NCBI GenBank assembly: GCA_964016885.1
Contig: OZ024766.1
Span: forward strand, 7,626,001-7,690,000
DNA: 64,000 nucleotides
DNA from: Eledone cirrhosa
Lineage: Eukaryota
Reading direction: 5' to 3'
The position numbers and the translations under genes are program-made. This document shows positions 1 to 11,667 of the stretch, one piece after another (position 1 is the first letter of the stretch; every line of letters begins with the position of its first letter). Under the pieces are notes generated by a model. It was not told the DNA's origin. It saw nothing but the letters and a program-made list of their open reading frames with translations, and made no database searches.

Positions 1-375
1 TTACAGTGAGTGCTCGGTGCTTTTTCGTGGCACCTCCACGTCCACTTTACAGTGAGTGCTGGGTGCTTTTTCGTGGCACCTCCACGTCCACTTTACAGTG
101 AGTGCTCGGTGCTTTTTCGTGGCGCCTACACGTCCACTTTACAGTGAGTGCTGGGTGCTTTTTCGTGGCACCTCCACGACCACTTTACAGTGAGTGCTCG
201 GTGCTTTTTCGTGGCACCTCCACGTCCACTTTACAGTGAGTGCTCGGTGCTTTTTCGTGGCACCTCCACGTCCACTTTACAGTGAGTGCTCGGTGCTTTT
301 TCGTGGCACCTCCACGTCCACTTTACAGTGTGGGCTGGGTGCTTTTTTGCTGTGGAACCTCCACGACCACCTTGC
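1..375. repeat. 46-bp minisatellite derived from the SINE/RTE 3' tail (runs off the window start)
   Basis: Unit ttacagtgagtgctcggtgctttttcgtggcacctccacgtccact. The reverse complement occurs once in the SINE at about 9835-9890. Confidence 0.9.
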
Positions 376-527
376 AGTGGAGGGTGTGGGGGCATATTGT
401 CTATATGCTTCAGCTTGTACCCATGGGAGGTCAGGTACTCTGTATTACTGTGTGACGCCAGAAGTCACGGTCGTGTGTCATTGCCTTTGAGAGGTGTAAT
501 TGGGTAATATTCTTTCTACGATCATAG

Positions 528-677
528 ACGGACGTGAATGGTGACTGTGAGACCCACTATTCAGCCAGTTCTAATTCCAGAGATTACACCATCTCCAAGA
601 CCAAGGATCTAACCAAATGTAAGCGGCGCCAGGAACACAGCACCGCCATCCAGTCTGTAGGATATTCCTTGGACTCT
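528..677 (+). CDS. Apolipophorin/apoB-like large lipid transfer protein, exon A (vitellogenin-N beta-barrel)
   Basis: atcatag|ACG..TCT|gtaaga; 150 nt; encodes TDVNGDCETHY, resembling the LLTP 'D(V/I)xGxC' motif; phase 0-0. Confidence 0.85.
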
Positions 678-747
678 GTAAGAATTTCTGCTACATTTTT
701 CTATTTTTCTATATAAATATGTACCTATATCTCTCTCTCTCTCTCTC

Positions 748-883
<136 letters not shown>

Positions 884-964
884 AAAGTTTTATTTAAAAT
901 TGTTGGGTTACAACAAATAAATATTTTATAACTGATATAAAGCACTCAACAAGTTTTGGAATAG

Positions 965-1204
965 ATATACGATATTAAACAAATGGAAACTATATTTATA
1001 AAACCATATTTATTTCACTACCAAACCAACTTTTTTAAATGGAAGTTGAACAATATTCATGGTACGTCAAATTTATTTATAAAACTGCTTATATATTGTA
1101 TTTTGTCTGAAGAAGGCATGCCATATTTCTAATATGGTATCCCTGAAATATGTATAATGAAATAAATATGGTTTTATAAATATAGTTTCCATTTGTTTAA
1201 TATC

Positions 1205-1210
<6 letters not shown>
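965..1210. mobile_element. Fold-back element in (TA)n with a hammerhead motif (Penelope-like remnant)
   Basis: About 53-bp inverted arms (965-1017 and 1158-1210). Homologous to the elements at 1844-2158 and 25883-26225. Confidence 0.6.
1100..1163 (+). ncRNA. Minimal type I hammerhead ribozyme motif
   Basis: attttgt-CTGAAGA-[aggcatgccatatt/aatatggtatccct]-GAAA-tatgt-ATA-atgaaat. Confidence 0.6.
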
Positions 1211-1243
<33 letters not shown>

Positions 1244-1249
1244 AAAAAA

Positions 1250-1597
1250 AAAAAAAAAGATGAAATCGAAAATGCAACTGGAGTCTTATTTTTTTTAAAA
1301 ATATATATATTTATTTGGTTCCTTTACCGGTTTCGCAGTTCTTCTGCTTTTCAAAAGTAGAGTTGAGATGGAGGGTCTGTGGTTTTTCTCGGTTTCGCAG
1401 TTCTTCTGCTTTTCAAAAGTAGAGTTGAGATGGAGGGTCGGTGGTTTTTCTCACATGTGAGAAAAACCACAGACCCTCCATCTCAACTCTACTTTTGAAA
1501 AGCAGAAGAACTGCGAAACCGGTAAAGGAACCAAATAAATATATATATTTTTTTAAAAAATAAGACTCCAGTTGCATTTTCGATTTCATCTTTTTTT
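1250..1597. mobile_element. Fold-back element centred on tctcacatgtgaga, degenerate hammerhead core
   Basis: Long inverted arms with an internal duplication of about 61 bp in the left arm. TTGAAAA-gcag..ctgc-GAAA-ccggta at about 1495-1524. Confidence 0.55.
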
Positions 1598-1686
1598 CTT
1601 TATACTTTCACTCGTGTAGGACACCTCGGTTATTTTTCATTTTGTAAAAAAAACCTCACTTTCTAATATATATATACATATATATA

Positions 1687-1751
<65 letters not shown>

Positions 1752-1843
1752 GCAGAGGTTATATTTAATTTGTTGGGATTCAACAAGCTTAAACATTTTT
1801 TATAACTGATATAAAGCACTCAACAGTTAAGTGGAGTAAATAC

Positions 1844-2158
1844 ACAATATATTAATAAATGGAAACTATATTTATAAAACCATATTTATTTTATTATACA
1901 TATTTCAAGGGCGACCAAGGCAAATTATGGTGCGCTTTCATCAGATAAAATACAGATTTGTTTTATAAATAAATAACTATCCAGGAAGCTTCAACCGTTA
2001 AGGTTGTCTTTATCCGGGTATGTCAATGTTTATTTATAAAACAAATCTGTATTTTATCTGATGAAAGCGCACCATAATTTGCCTTGGTTGCCCTTGAAAT
2101 ATATATAATAAAATAATTATGGTTTTATAAATATAGTTTCCATTTATTAATATATTGT
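1844..2158. mobile_element. Fold-back element with a hammerhead motif in each arm
   Basis: Near-perfect inverted arms of about 130 bp. Hammerhead at 1888-1951 (-) and 2051-2114 (+). Confidence 0.65.
2051..2114 (+). ncRNA. Minimal type I hammerhead ribozyme motif
   Basis: attttat-CTGATGA-stem II-GAAA-tatat-ATA-ataaaat; stem I is a perfect 7 bp. Confidence 0.65.
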
Positions 2159-2481
2159 TCAGGGTGAAAGCAGTGATTCTTTGCTTAAACTTTAATCTGT
2201 TATTTTAATAAATATTTGCTCTACGGTTCTTATAAATTTGATATATATTTATCCTAATTGAGCCCTCTTTATATTATATTATATAAATATTATCAAATTA
2301 ATAAAAAATATCCCTCATTAAATATATATATATATATAATCACATAAGGTTATATATATATATTTATATAATCATATTATATATAAATATATTATATATA
2401 TACATTATATATATATATAAATATATTATATATATACATTATATATAATATATACATTTATTATTATTATTATTATTATTG

Positions 2482-2685
2482 AAGGGCGGTGAATTGGCAG
2501 TATCGGTAGAGGGTTGGATGCCATGCTTTGACGCATAGAGTTACGGCCCTTGCCATTCTGAGTTCAAATCCCGCCGAGGTTAACTTTGCCTTTCATCCTT
2601 TCGGGGTCGATAAAATGAAGTACCAGTAATGTACTGGGCAATTGCTGGCCTTGTGCCAAAAGTAGAAACAATCATTATTATTATT
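2482..2685 (+). mobile_element. tRNA-derived SINE, family 1
   Basis: A-box-like tggcagtatcgg, B-box gagttcaaatcc, body gcctttcatcctttcggggtcgataaa, (ATT)n tail. A second copy is inverted at 10078-10263. Confidence 0.75.
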
Positions 2686-2940
2686 ACTATATATATATAT
2701 ATATATATATATGTAGATAAATCTACCAAGAGTTTACGGTAGTGTCTGAATATGCATGCCAATTCTAACACATATATATCCTAGAAACGATCGTTAAATA
2801 ATGAACTTTTTTTGTTTAATATAAGGAACTGTTTCATTGTTTTATTCATTATTTTTTTAATATTTTATACATATATATATATACACACACATATATATCT
2901 ATATACTATATTTATGTGTGTATATTTAAATATCAACCAG

Positions 2941-3142
2941 GGAATCCAGTCTTTGCCGATTCTCAAGAGTAATTATGAGTGCAAACAGAAAATTGACAGT
3001 AACAAGCGCCATCTGCTGGAGTCCTTCTGTACCGAAACCAATATATTTAGACCCTTCTCTTCAGGAAAGAACGGAGCTTCAAATATCAACACCCAAACTC
3101 TGAAGTTTGTTGGTTCCACAGCTTCTAGTAATTCTCCAGCTG
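2941..3142 (+). CDS. LLTP exon B
   Basis: caaccag|GGA..GCTG|gtaagt; GIQSLPILKSNYECKQ..CTETNIFRPFS; phase 0-1. Confidence 0.85.
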
Positions 3143-3195
3143 GTAAGTTTCTTAAATTAGCCCAACAGATAACAGCTTCCCTTATTCTTCTCCAG

Positions 3196-3990
3196 CTTTT
3201 TTGCTGTGGCACCTCCACGACCACTTTACAGTGTGGGCTGGGTGCCTTTTTTGCTGTGACACTTCCACGACCACTTTACAGTGTGGGCTGGGTGCTTTTT
3301 TGCCGTGGCACCTCCACAACCACTTTACAGTGTGGGCTGGGTGCCTTTTTTGCTGTGACACTTCCACGACCACTTTACAGTGTGGGCTGGGTGCTTTTTT
3401 GCCGTGGCACCTCCACAACCACTTTACAGTGTGGGCTGGGTGCTTTTTTGCCGTGGCACCTCCATTTCCACTTTACAGTGTGGGCTCGGTGCTTTTTTGC
3501 CGTGGCACCTACACATCCACTTTACAGTGTGGGCTGGGTGCTTTTTTGCCGTGGCACCTCCACAACCACTTTACAGTGTGGGCTCGGTGCTTTTTTGCCG
3601 TGGCACCTACACATCCACTTTACAGTGAGTGCTGGGTGCTTTTTTGCCGTGGCACCTCCACAACCACTTTACAGTGTGGGCTCGGTGCTTTTTTGCCGTG
3701 GCACCTCCACAACCACTTTACAGTGTGGGCTGGGTGCTTTTTTGCCGTGGCACCTCCACAACCACTTTACAGTGTGGGCTGGGTGCTTTTTTGCCGTGTC
3801 ACCTCCACAACCACTTTACAGTGTGGGCTGGGTGCTTTTTTGCCGTGGCACCTCCACAACCACTTTACAGTGTGGGCTGGGTGCTTTTTTGCCGTGTCAC
3901 CTCCACAACCACTTTACAGTGTGGGCTGGGTGCTTTTTTGCCGTGGCACCTCCACGACCACTTTACAGTGAGTGCTGGGTGCTTTTTTGC
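3196..3990. repeat. 49-bp minisatellite, same origin as 1-375
   Basis: Unit ccactttacagtgtgggctgggtgcttttttgccgtggcacctccacaa, about 16 copies, followed by an opposite-orientation SINE tail at 4000-4135. Confidence 0.9.
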
Positions 3991-4271
3991 CAGTCCACAG
4001 AAAAAAAAGCACCCAGCACTCACTGTAAATGAGGTTGGTGTTAGGAAGGGCATCCAGCTGTAGAAATCAAGCCAGAATCAGTTACCGTCCCACCCTTGCA
4101 AGCAGGGAAAAGCGGAAGTAAAATGATGATGATGATATATATATATATATATATATATATATTTCAACGACCAGTATTGGTTTTTTAAACTAAGCAGCCA
4201 CTTAAAAAAATATTGTTTAGTAATTGGATAAAAAAAAACATCTCTGCTTAGTGTGACCAATCAGAGTGTGT

Positions 4272-4295
<24 letters not shown>

Positions 4296-4304
<9 letters not shown>

Positions 4305-4559
4305 ATATTTGGGGAGGGTCATATTTGCGTAATATTGCCAGAATTAATAACAGAACACACTCACTGTTTGGTTGGTTTTCGCTTCTCGCTGTCTTTTATA
4401 TATATATATCTGCGATCTAACTTAGATCGAGTAAGTTAGATCGCAGATATATATATATAAAAGACAGCGAGAAGCGAAAACCAACCAAACAGTGAGTGTG
4501 TTCTGTTATTAATTCTGGCAATATTACGCAAATATGACCCTCCCCAAATATAACAATAT
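4296..4559. repeat. Perfect fold-back of about 125 bp per arm next to (TA)n
   Basis: Arms mirror around gatctaactta-gatcgag-taagttagatc. The terminus ..ccccaaatataacaata resembles 9600-9620. Confidence 0.8.
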
Positions 4560-4614
4560 CTGTTTCGACACACGATTTCATATAAAAAACCCCGCAAAAC
4601 TAATTCATCGCCGC

Positions 4615-4663
<49 letters not shown>

Positions 4664-4832
4664 ATTCACATCCGGCTTGTTGGTTAAGGGTTAAGGTTTG
4701 AAGGTGTGGCATAGTATTTTTAGACTTGAAAACATCTAGAAGCTGTAATTGAGCCTGTGAAGATACAAGCTGGTTCTTTGGAAAGGTTGACACGAATTGA
4801 TATAGTTAGAACACAAACGAAGGTACGATATA

Positions 4833-5112
4833 ATACTACTACTACTGCTGCTGTTAATACTACCTCTAATATTGCTACTACTACTACTACTGCTACTGTT
4901 ACTACTACTGTTACTACTGCTGCTGTTACTACTACTACTACTATCACTACTACTGTTACTACTACTACTACTACAGCTACTACTACTATTATCACTACTA
5001 CTACTACTACTACTACCACTACTACTACTACTGCTGCTGTTAATACTACCTCTAATATTGCTACTACTACTACTACTGCTACTGTTACTACTACTGTTAC
5101 TACTGCTGCTGT

Positions 5113-5144
<32 letters not shown>

Positions 5145-5304
5145 TCACTACTACTGTTACTACTACTACTACTACAGCTACTACTACTATTATCACTACT
5201 ACTACTACTACTACTACTACCACTACTACTACTACTGCTGCTGTTAATACTACCTCTAATATTGCTACTACTACTACTACTGCTACTGTTACTACTGCTG
5301 CTGT

Positions 5305-5354
<50 letters not shown>

Positions 5355-5605
5355 TCACTACTACTGTTACTACTACTACTACTACAGCTACTACTACTAT
5401 TATCACTACTACTACTACTACTACTACCACTACTACTACTACTAAAACAGCTACTACTACTACTACAACAGCTACTACTACTATTATCACTACTACTACT
5501 ACTACTACTACTACAACAGCTACTACTACTATTATCACAACAACAACAACAACAACAACAACTACAACAAGTACTACTACTACTACTACTACGACTACTA
5601 CTATA
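4833..5605. repeat. Compound (TAC)n microsatellite with longer-range duplications
   Basis: Seen directly. Confidence 0.95.
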
Positions 5606-5737
5606 GGTACAGCAGCTAGTAGGAATTTTTTCAGGGGGATCTGAGGGATTGAATTGGGACCCTCTGGATGATTTGACATGGAATGACCCCTATATAAAAT
5701 TATGTTGGAAGATTTTAATTTAAATAGAACCCTTTAA

Positions 5738-6521
5738 CCCTTTAGCATTTAAACCGGCCATATCCACCCAGAATTCTCTCACCCCTTTCTGTTCAAACCA
5801 GCTGTTAATGGCTACTCATACTGATGTTAAGGTATTGTTTTTAGAAAAGATAAAATCAAAATCTCATAGATTCGATATTATGTGAGGTAAAGCCTTTACT
5901 GTGAAAATACAATAGTATATATAGAGTAATGTAAATGTTATGTGAGATATTATGTGAGGTAAAGCCTTTACTGTGAAAATACAATAGTATATATAGAGTA
6001 ATGTAAATGTTATGTGAGATATTATGTGAGGTAAAGCCTTTACTGTGAAAATACAATAGTATATATAGAGTAATGTAAATGTTATGTGAGATATTATGTG
6101 AGGTAAAGCCTTTACTGTGAAAATACAATAGTATATATAGAGTAATGTGAATGTTATGTGAGATATTATGTGAGGTAAAGCCTTTACTGTGAAAATACAA
6201 TAGTATATATAGAGTAATGTAAATGTTATGTGAGATATTATGTGAGGTAAAGCCTTTACTGTGAAAATACAATAGTATATATAGAGTAATGTAAATGTTA
6301 TGTGAGATATTATGTGAGGTAAAGCCTTTACTGTGAAAATACAATAGTATATATAGAGTAATGTAAATGTTATGTGAGATATTATGTGAGGTAAAGCCTT
6401 TACTGTGAAAATACAATAGTATATATAGAGTAATGTAAATGTTATGTGAGATATTATGTGAGGTAAAGCCTTTACTGTGAAAATACAATAGTATATATAG
6501 AGTAATGTAAATGCTTTAGGG
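5738..6521. mobile_element. piggyBac-type (TTAA) MITE with an internal 72-bp tandem array
   Basis: TTAA-CCCTTTAGCATTTA ... TAAATGCTTTAGGG-TTAA (14-bp TIR, 2 mismatches). About 9 copies of the 72-bp unit at 5874-6513. Confidence 0.8.
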
Positions 6522-6623
6522 TTAAAGTAGGAGGGTTTGTTTCATAGAACCAGAGCTGGGTTTTGGCTGGGCTGCTATGAAAAATGGTTAACACATCTTT
6601 ATTTGTGTGTTGCTTGTCGACAG

Positions 6624-6876
6624 GGACAATCCACTACCGCACAGACCTGAGCTATGACCATGAGCACGGAGAGAAGGCAGAAGATGTGGAATCGGATATT
6701 GAGGCCCACCTACGAATCATCTGTCAACAGCTGGAAGAGGATGTACAGCCTGAGACGCCATCAGGTTTCTATAGACTCGTGAAATTCATGCGACATGCAA
6801 GTGGTGATGCCCTCAACTCTGTCTACTCAAGAGTGAAAGCTGGACAAATGTGTCCTGAACACAAAACGAAACTCAG
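6624..6876 (+). CDS. LLTP exon C
   Basis: tcgacag|GG..CTCAG|gtaagt; ..ETPSGFYRLVKFMR..; phase 1-2. Confidence 0.88.
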
Positions 6877-6921
6877 GTAAGTTCCATGAAGCATCTTCCG
6901 GTTAGTTAATTGGGTTCTAGT

Positions 6922-7775
6922 GAAGGCATGTGACCCTCTGGTAAGGGTGTTGGATTTACAATCGTAATGTTGTGGGTTTGATTCCTCGACAGGGCGTGTT
7001 GTGTTCTTGAGCAAAACACTTCATTTCACATTGCTCCAGTATACTCAGCTGAAAATGTCCAGTGGGAAGTCTTGTACTCTCAGTCACTTAACACCAATGA
7101 AACTAAGACAGACTTTAACCCTGTGATGGACTAGTGTCCTGTCCAGGGGGAAGTCTTGTACTCTCAGTCACTTAACACCAATGAAACTAAGACAGACCTT
7201 AACCCTGTGATGGACTGGTGTCCTGTCCAGGGGGAAGTCTTGTACTGTCAGTCACTTAACACCAATGAAACTAAGACATACTTTAACCCTGTGATGGACT
7301 GGTGTCCTGTCCAGGGGGAAGTCTTGTACTCTCAGTCACTTAACACCAATGAAACTAAGACAGACTTTATCCCTGTGATGGACTGGTGTCCTGTCCAGTG
7401 GGAAGTCTTGTACTCTCAGTCACTTAACACCAATGAAACTAAGACAGACTTTAACCCTGTGATGGACTGGTGTCCTGTCCAGGGGGAAGTCTTGTATTCT
7501 CAGTCACTTAACACCAATGAAACTAAGACAGACATTAACCCTGTGATGGACTGGTGTCTTGTCCAGGGGGAAGTCTTGTACTCTCAGTCACTTAACACCA
7601 ATGAAACTAAGACAGACTTTAACCCTGTGATGGACTGGTGTCCTGTCCAGGGGGAAGTCTTGTACTCTCAGTCACTTAACACCAATGAAACTAAGACAGA
7701 CTTTAACCCTGTGATGGACTGGTGTCCTGTCTAGGGGGAAGTCTTGTACTCTCAGTCACTTAACACCAATGGAAC
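6922..7775 (+). repeat. tRNA-SINE head followed by an 84-bp minisatellite of the SINE body
   Basis: Head with ..ttcttgagcaaaacacttcatttcacattgctcc, then about 8 copies of an 84-bp unit containing aaccctgtgatggactggtgtcctgtccaggggg. Confidence 0.8.
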
Positions 7776-7840
7776 TGTTTCAGCCAATAGGATAAAACAT
7801 TCGTTAGTTATTAAATGTTTGAAAAATTAAATACTCTTTG

Positions 7841-7887
<47 letters not shown>

Positions 7888-7973
7888 ATGTATGTATATG
7901 TATATATATATATGTGTGTGCGTGTGTACATATATATATATATATATGTACATATATATATAATCATATATGT

Positions 7974-8035
<62 letters not shown>

Positions 8036-8230
8036 ACATATATATGTACACATATATATATATATATATGTACATATATATATATATATATATGTACACA
8101 CACACACATATATATACACATACACACACACACATATATATATATATACACATACACACATACACACACACATACACACACATATCATACACACACACAG
8201 ACATACACGGTGGTGTTGCTATGGTTACAG

Positions 8231-8396
8231 GGACCTGTTCCTGGACGCAGTCCCAATGCTTGCTTCCGCAGCATCTGTAGAATTTATGACGGAGAAACTG
8301 AAGAAGGGAATTGTGAGCAAGGAACGCGAGATGTTGTGGCTTTCATCATTTCCTTTCATACCAAACCCCCAAAAAAGTATGTTGGATGTTATGAAG
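8231..8396 (+). CDS. LLTP exon D (alpha-helical domain)
   Basis: ttacag|G GAC..AAG|gtaagt; [27 protein letters not shown]; phase 2-0. Confidence 0.88.
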
Positions 8397-8401
8397 GTAA
8401 G

Positions 8402-9297
8402 TCTTCTTCTTCTTCTTCTTCTTTTGCCCTCTTCTCCTTCTCCTTCTTTTTCTTCTTCTTCTTCTTCTTCTTCGCCTTCTTTTTCTTCTTCTTCTTTTTC
8501 TTCTTCTTTTGCCTTCTTCTTCTTCTCCTTCTTCTTTTTCTCCTTCTTTTGCCTTCTTCTTCTTCTCTTTCTTCTTTTTCTCCTTCTTTTGCCTTCTTCT
8601 TCTTCTCCTTCTTTTTCTTCTTCTTCTTCTTCTTCTTCTTCGCCTTCTTTTTCTTCTTCTTCTTTTTCTCCTTCTTTTGCCTTCTCCTTCTTTTTCTTCT
8701 TTTTCTTCTTTTTCTCCTTCTTTTGCCTTCTTCTTCTCCTTCTTTTTCTTCTTCTTTTTCTTCTTCTTTTGCCCTCTTCTCCTTCTCCTTCTTCTTCTTT
8801 TTCTTCTTCTTCGCCTTCTTTTTCTTCTTCTTCTTTTTCTTCTTCTTCTCTTTCTTCTTTTTCTCCTTCTTTTGCCTTCTTCTTCTTCTCTTTCTTCTTT
8901 TTCTTCTTCTTTTGCCTTCTTCTTCTCCTTCTTTTTCTCCTTCTTTTGCCTTATTCTTCTTCTCTTTCTTCTTTTGCCTTCTTCTTCTTCTCCTTCTTTT
9001 TCTTCTTTTTCTTCTTCTTTTGCCTTCTTCTTCTTCTTCTTTTTCTTCTTTTTCTTCTTCTTTTGCCTTCTTCTTCTTCTCCTTTTTCTTCTTCTTCTCC
9101 TTCTTTGCCTTCTTCTTCTTCTTCTTCTTCTCCTTTTTCTTCTTCTTTTTCTTCTTTTGCCTTCTTCCTCTTCCTCTTCTCCTTTTTCTTCTTCTTTTGC
9201 CTTCTTCTTCTCCTTCTTTGCCGCCTTCTTCTTCTTCTTCTTTTGCCTTCATTTTCTTCTTCTTTTCCTTCTTCTTCTTCTTCTTCTTCTTCTTCTT
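8402..9297. repeat. Degenerate (TTC)n microsatellite
   Basis: Seen directly; begins right after the splice donor. Confidence 0.95.
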
Positions 9298-9447
9298 GGT
9301 TTTCACTTCAATTTATTACAAGTAAATAAACACATAAATAAAAAAATAAAAACACACACACGCGGATCTAACGCATGTGCAAACTAACCACACAACACAC
9401 AAAATGGTGTAGGACAGAACAACGAAGAGACACAAAATAAAAACCCC

Positions 9448-9490
9448 GTCACTGAGGAGGTCACAGAATGTGTGACGAAAGAGCTTTGAC
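9448..9490 (+). ncRNA. Possible hammerhead ribozyme motif
   Basis: gtca-CTGAGGA-g-gtcaca(gaatg)tgtgac-GAAA-gag-CTT-tgac. One extra G and a weak CUU triplet. Confidence 0.4.
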
Positions 9491-9617
9491 AGTGTATAAA
9501 CAACCATCCGGTTATCAAACCAACCAACCAACTGGAAATTTATAATAAATTGAAATGAATCCCAACAGGTGCGTGTGTTTTTATTGGCTGGCAGTATAAA
9601 CCTCCCAAAGTATAACA

Positions 9618-9663
<46 letters not shown>

Positions 9664-9664
<1 letters not shown>

Positions 9665-10060
9665 AAGGCACATGGCTTAGTGGTTAGAGCATTGGCCTTG
9701 CAATCGAAAGGTTGGGAGTTCAATTCTCAGACCGGGTGATGTGTTGTGTCCTTGAGCAAGACACTTTATTTCACATTGCTCCAGTTTACTCAGCTGTAGA
9801 AATGAGATGATAGGGACTGGGGTCCCTATCATTCCACTGTAAAGTGGTCGTGGAGGTGCCACGGCAAAAAAGCACCCAGCACTCACTGTAAATGAGGTTG
9901 GTGTTAGGAAGGGCATCCAGCTGTAGGAATCAAGCCAGAATCAGTTCCCGTATGAGCAAGACAAGGTCAGCCGACCGGACACTGCCCACAACAGGACAAC
10001 CCGTCTAACCCATGCTAGCATGGAAGAACGGACGTAAAACGGTGATGATGATGATGATGA
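9664..10060 (+). mobile_element. tRNA-derived SINE, family 2, with RTE-type tail
   Basis: A box tggcttagtgg, B box gagttcaattc, body ccttgagcaagacactt, (GAT)n tail. Further copies at 28608, 34382(-), 41168(-) and 42610. Confidence 0.8.
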
Positions 10061-10077
10061 TATATATATATATATAA

Positions 10078-10263
10078 CTGTTTCTACTTTTGGCACAAGG
10101 CCATCAATTACCCAGTGCATTACTGGTACTTTATTTTATCGACTCCGTAAGGATGAAAGACAAAGTTAACCTCGGTGGGATTCGAACTCAGACCGCAAAG
10201 GGACATAACTATACTGGAAAGCATGGCATCCGACCCTCTACCGATACTGCCAATCCACCGCCC
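10078..10263 (-). mobile_element. tRNA-derived SINE, family 1
   Basis: Reverse complement homologous to 2482-2685. Confidence 0.7.
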
Positions 10264-10611
10264 GTTATATATATATATATATAACGGGTGTTAGAAGGTA
10301 AGGGGACACAACAAGAGGTGGACAGTCTCCCTTCGTCAGTAGTTAACTACGGGTCACAGGCGTTTCAGCCCATTATTAACTATACATCTATCTGTAGCAC
10401 GCCCATAGCCTTTTATCTATCAAAAGGCCACGAGGGAGAGAAAGAAAAGAAAGAGAGAAGAGAAAAAAAGGAAAAAAAAGGAAAAAAGAAGAAAACAAAG
10501 GAAAAATATATGTATACTCTTTTACTCTTTTACCTGTTTCAGCCATCCGGCTGAGGCCATGCTGGGGCACATATATATATATTTCCGACCTTACACACTT
10601 ATATCTCTCCA

Positions 10612-11261
<650 letters not shown>

Positions 11262-11361
11262 TATATATATATACATATATATATACACACACACACATAT
11301 ATATATATATACATATATACATATATATATATACATATACATATACATATATACATATACA

Positions 11362-11425
<64 letters not shown>

Positions 11426-11452
11426 TATATACATATACATATATATATATAC

Positions 11453-11547
<95 letters not shown>

Positions 11548-11558
11548 CACACACACAC

Positions 11559-11642
<84 letters not shown>

Positions 11643-11667
11643 ATATATATATATATACATATATATA

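Noticed and set aside
4720-5679. Mucin-like poly-Thr, poly-Val and poly-Leu ORFs
   Set aside because: Translations of a (TAC)n microsatellite; exons B and C join in phase without it.
9664-9745. tRNA genes at the SINE heads
   Set aside because: A and B boxes are present, but there is no proper acceptor stem and each continues into a SINE body and tail.
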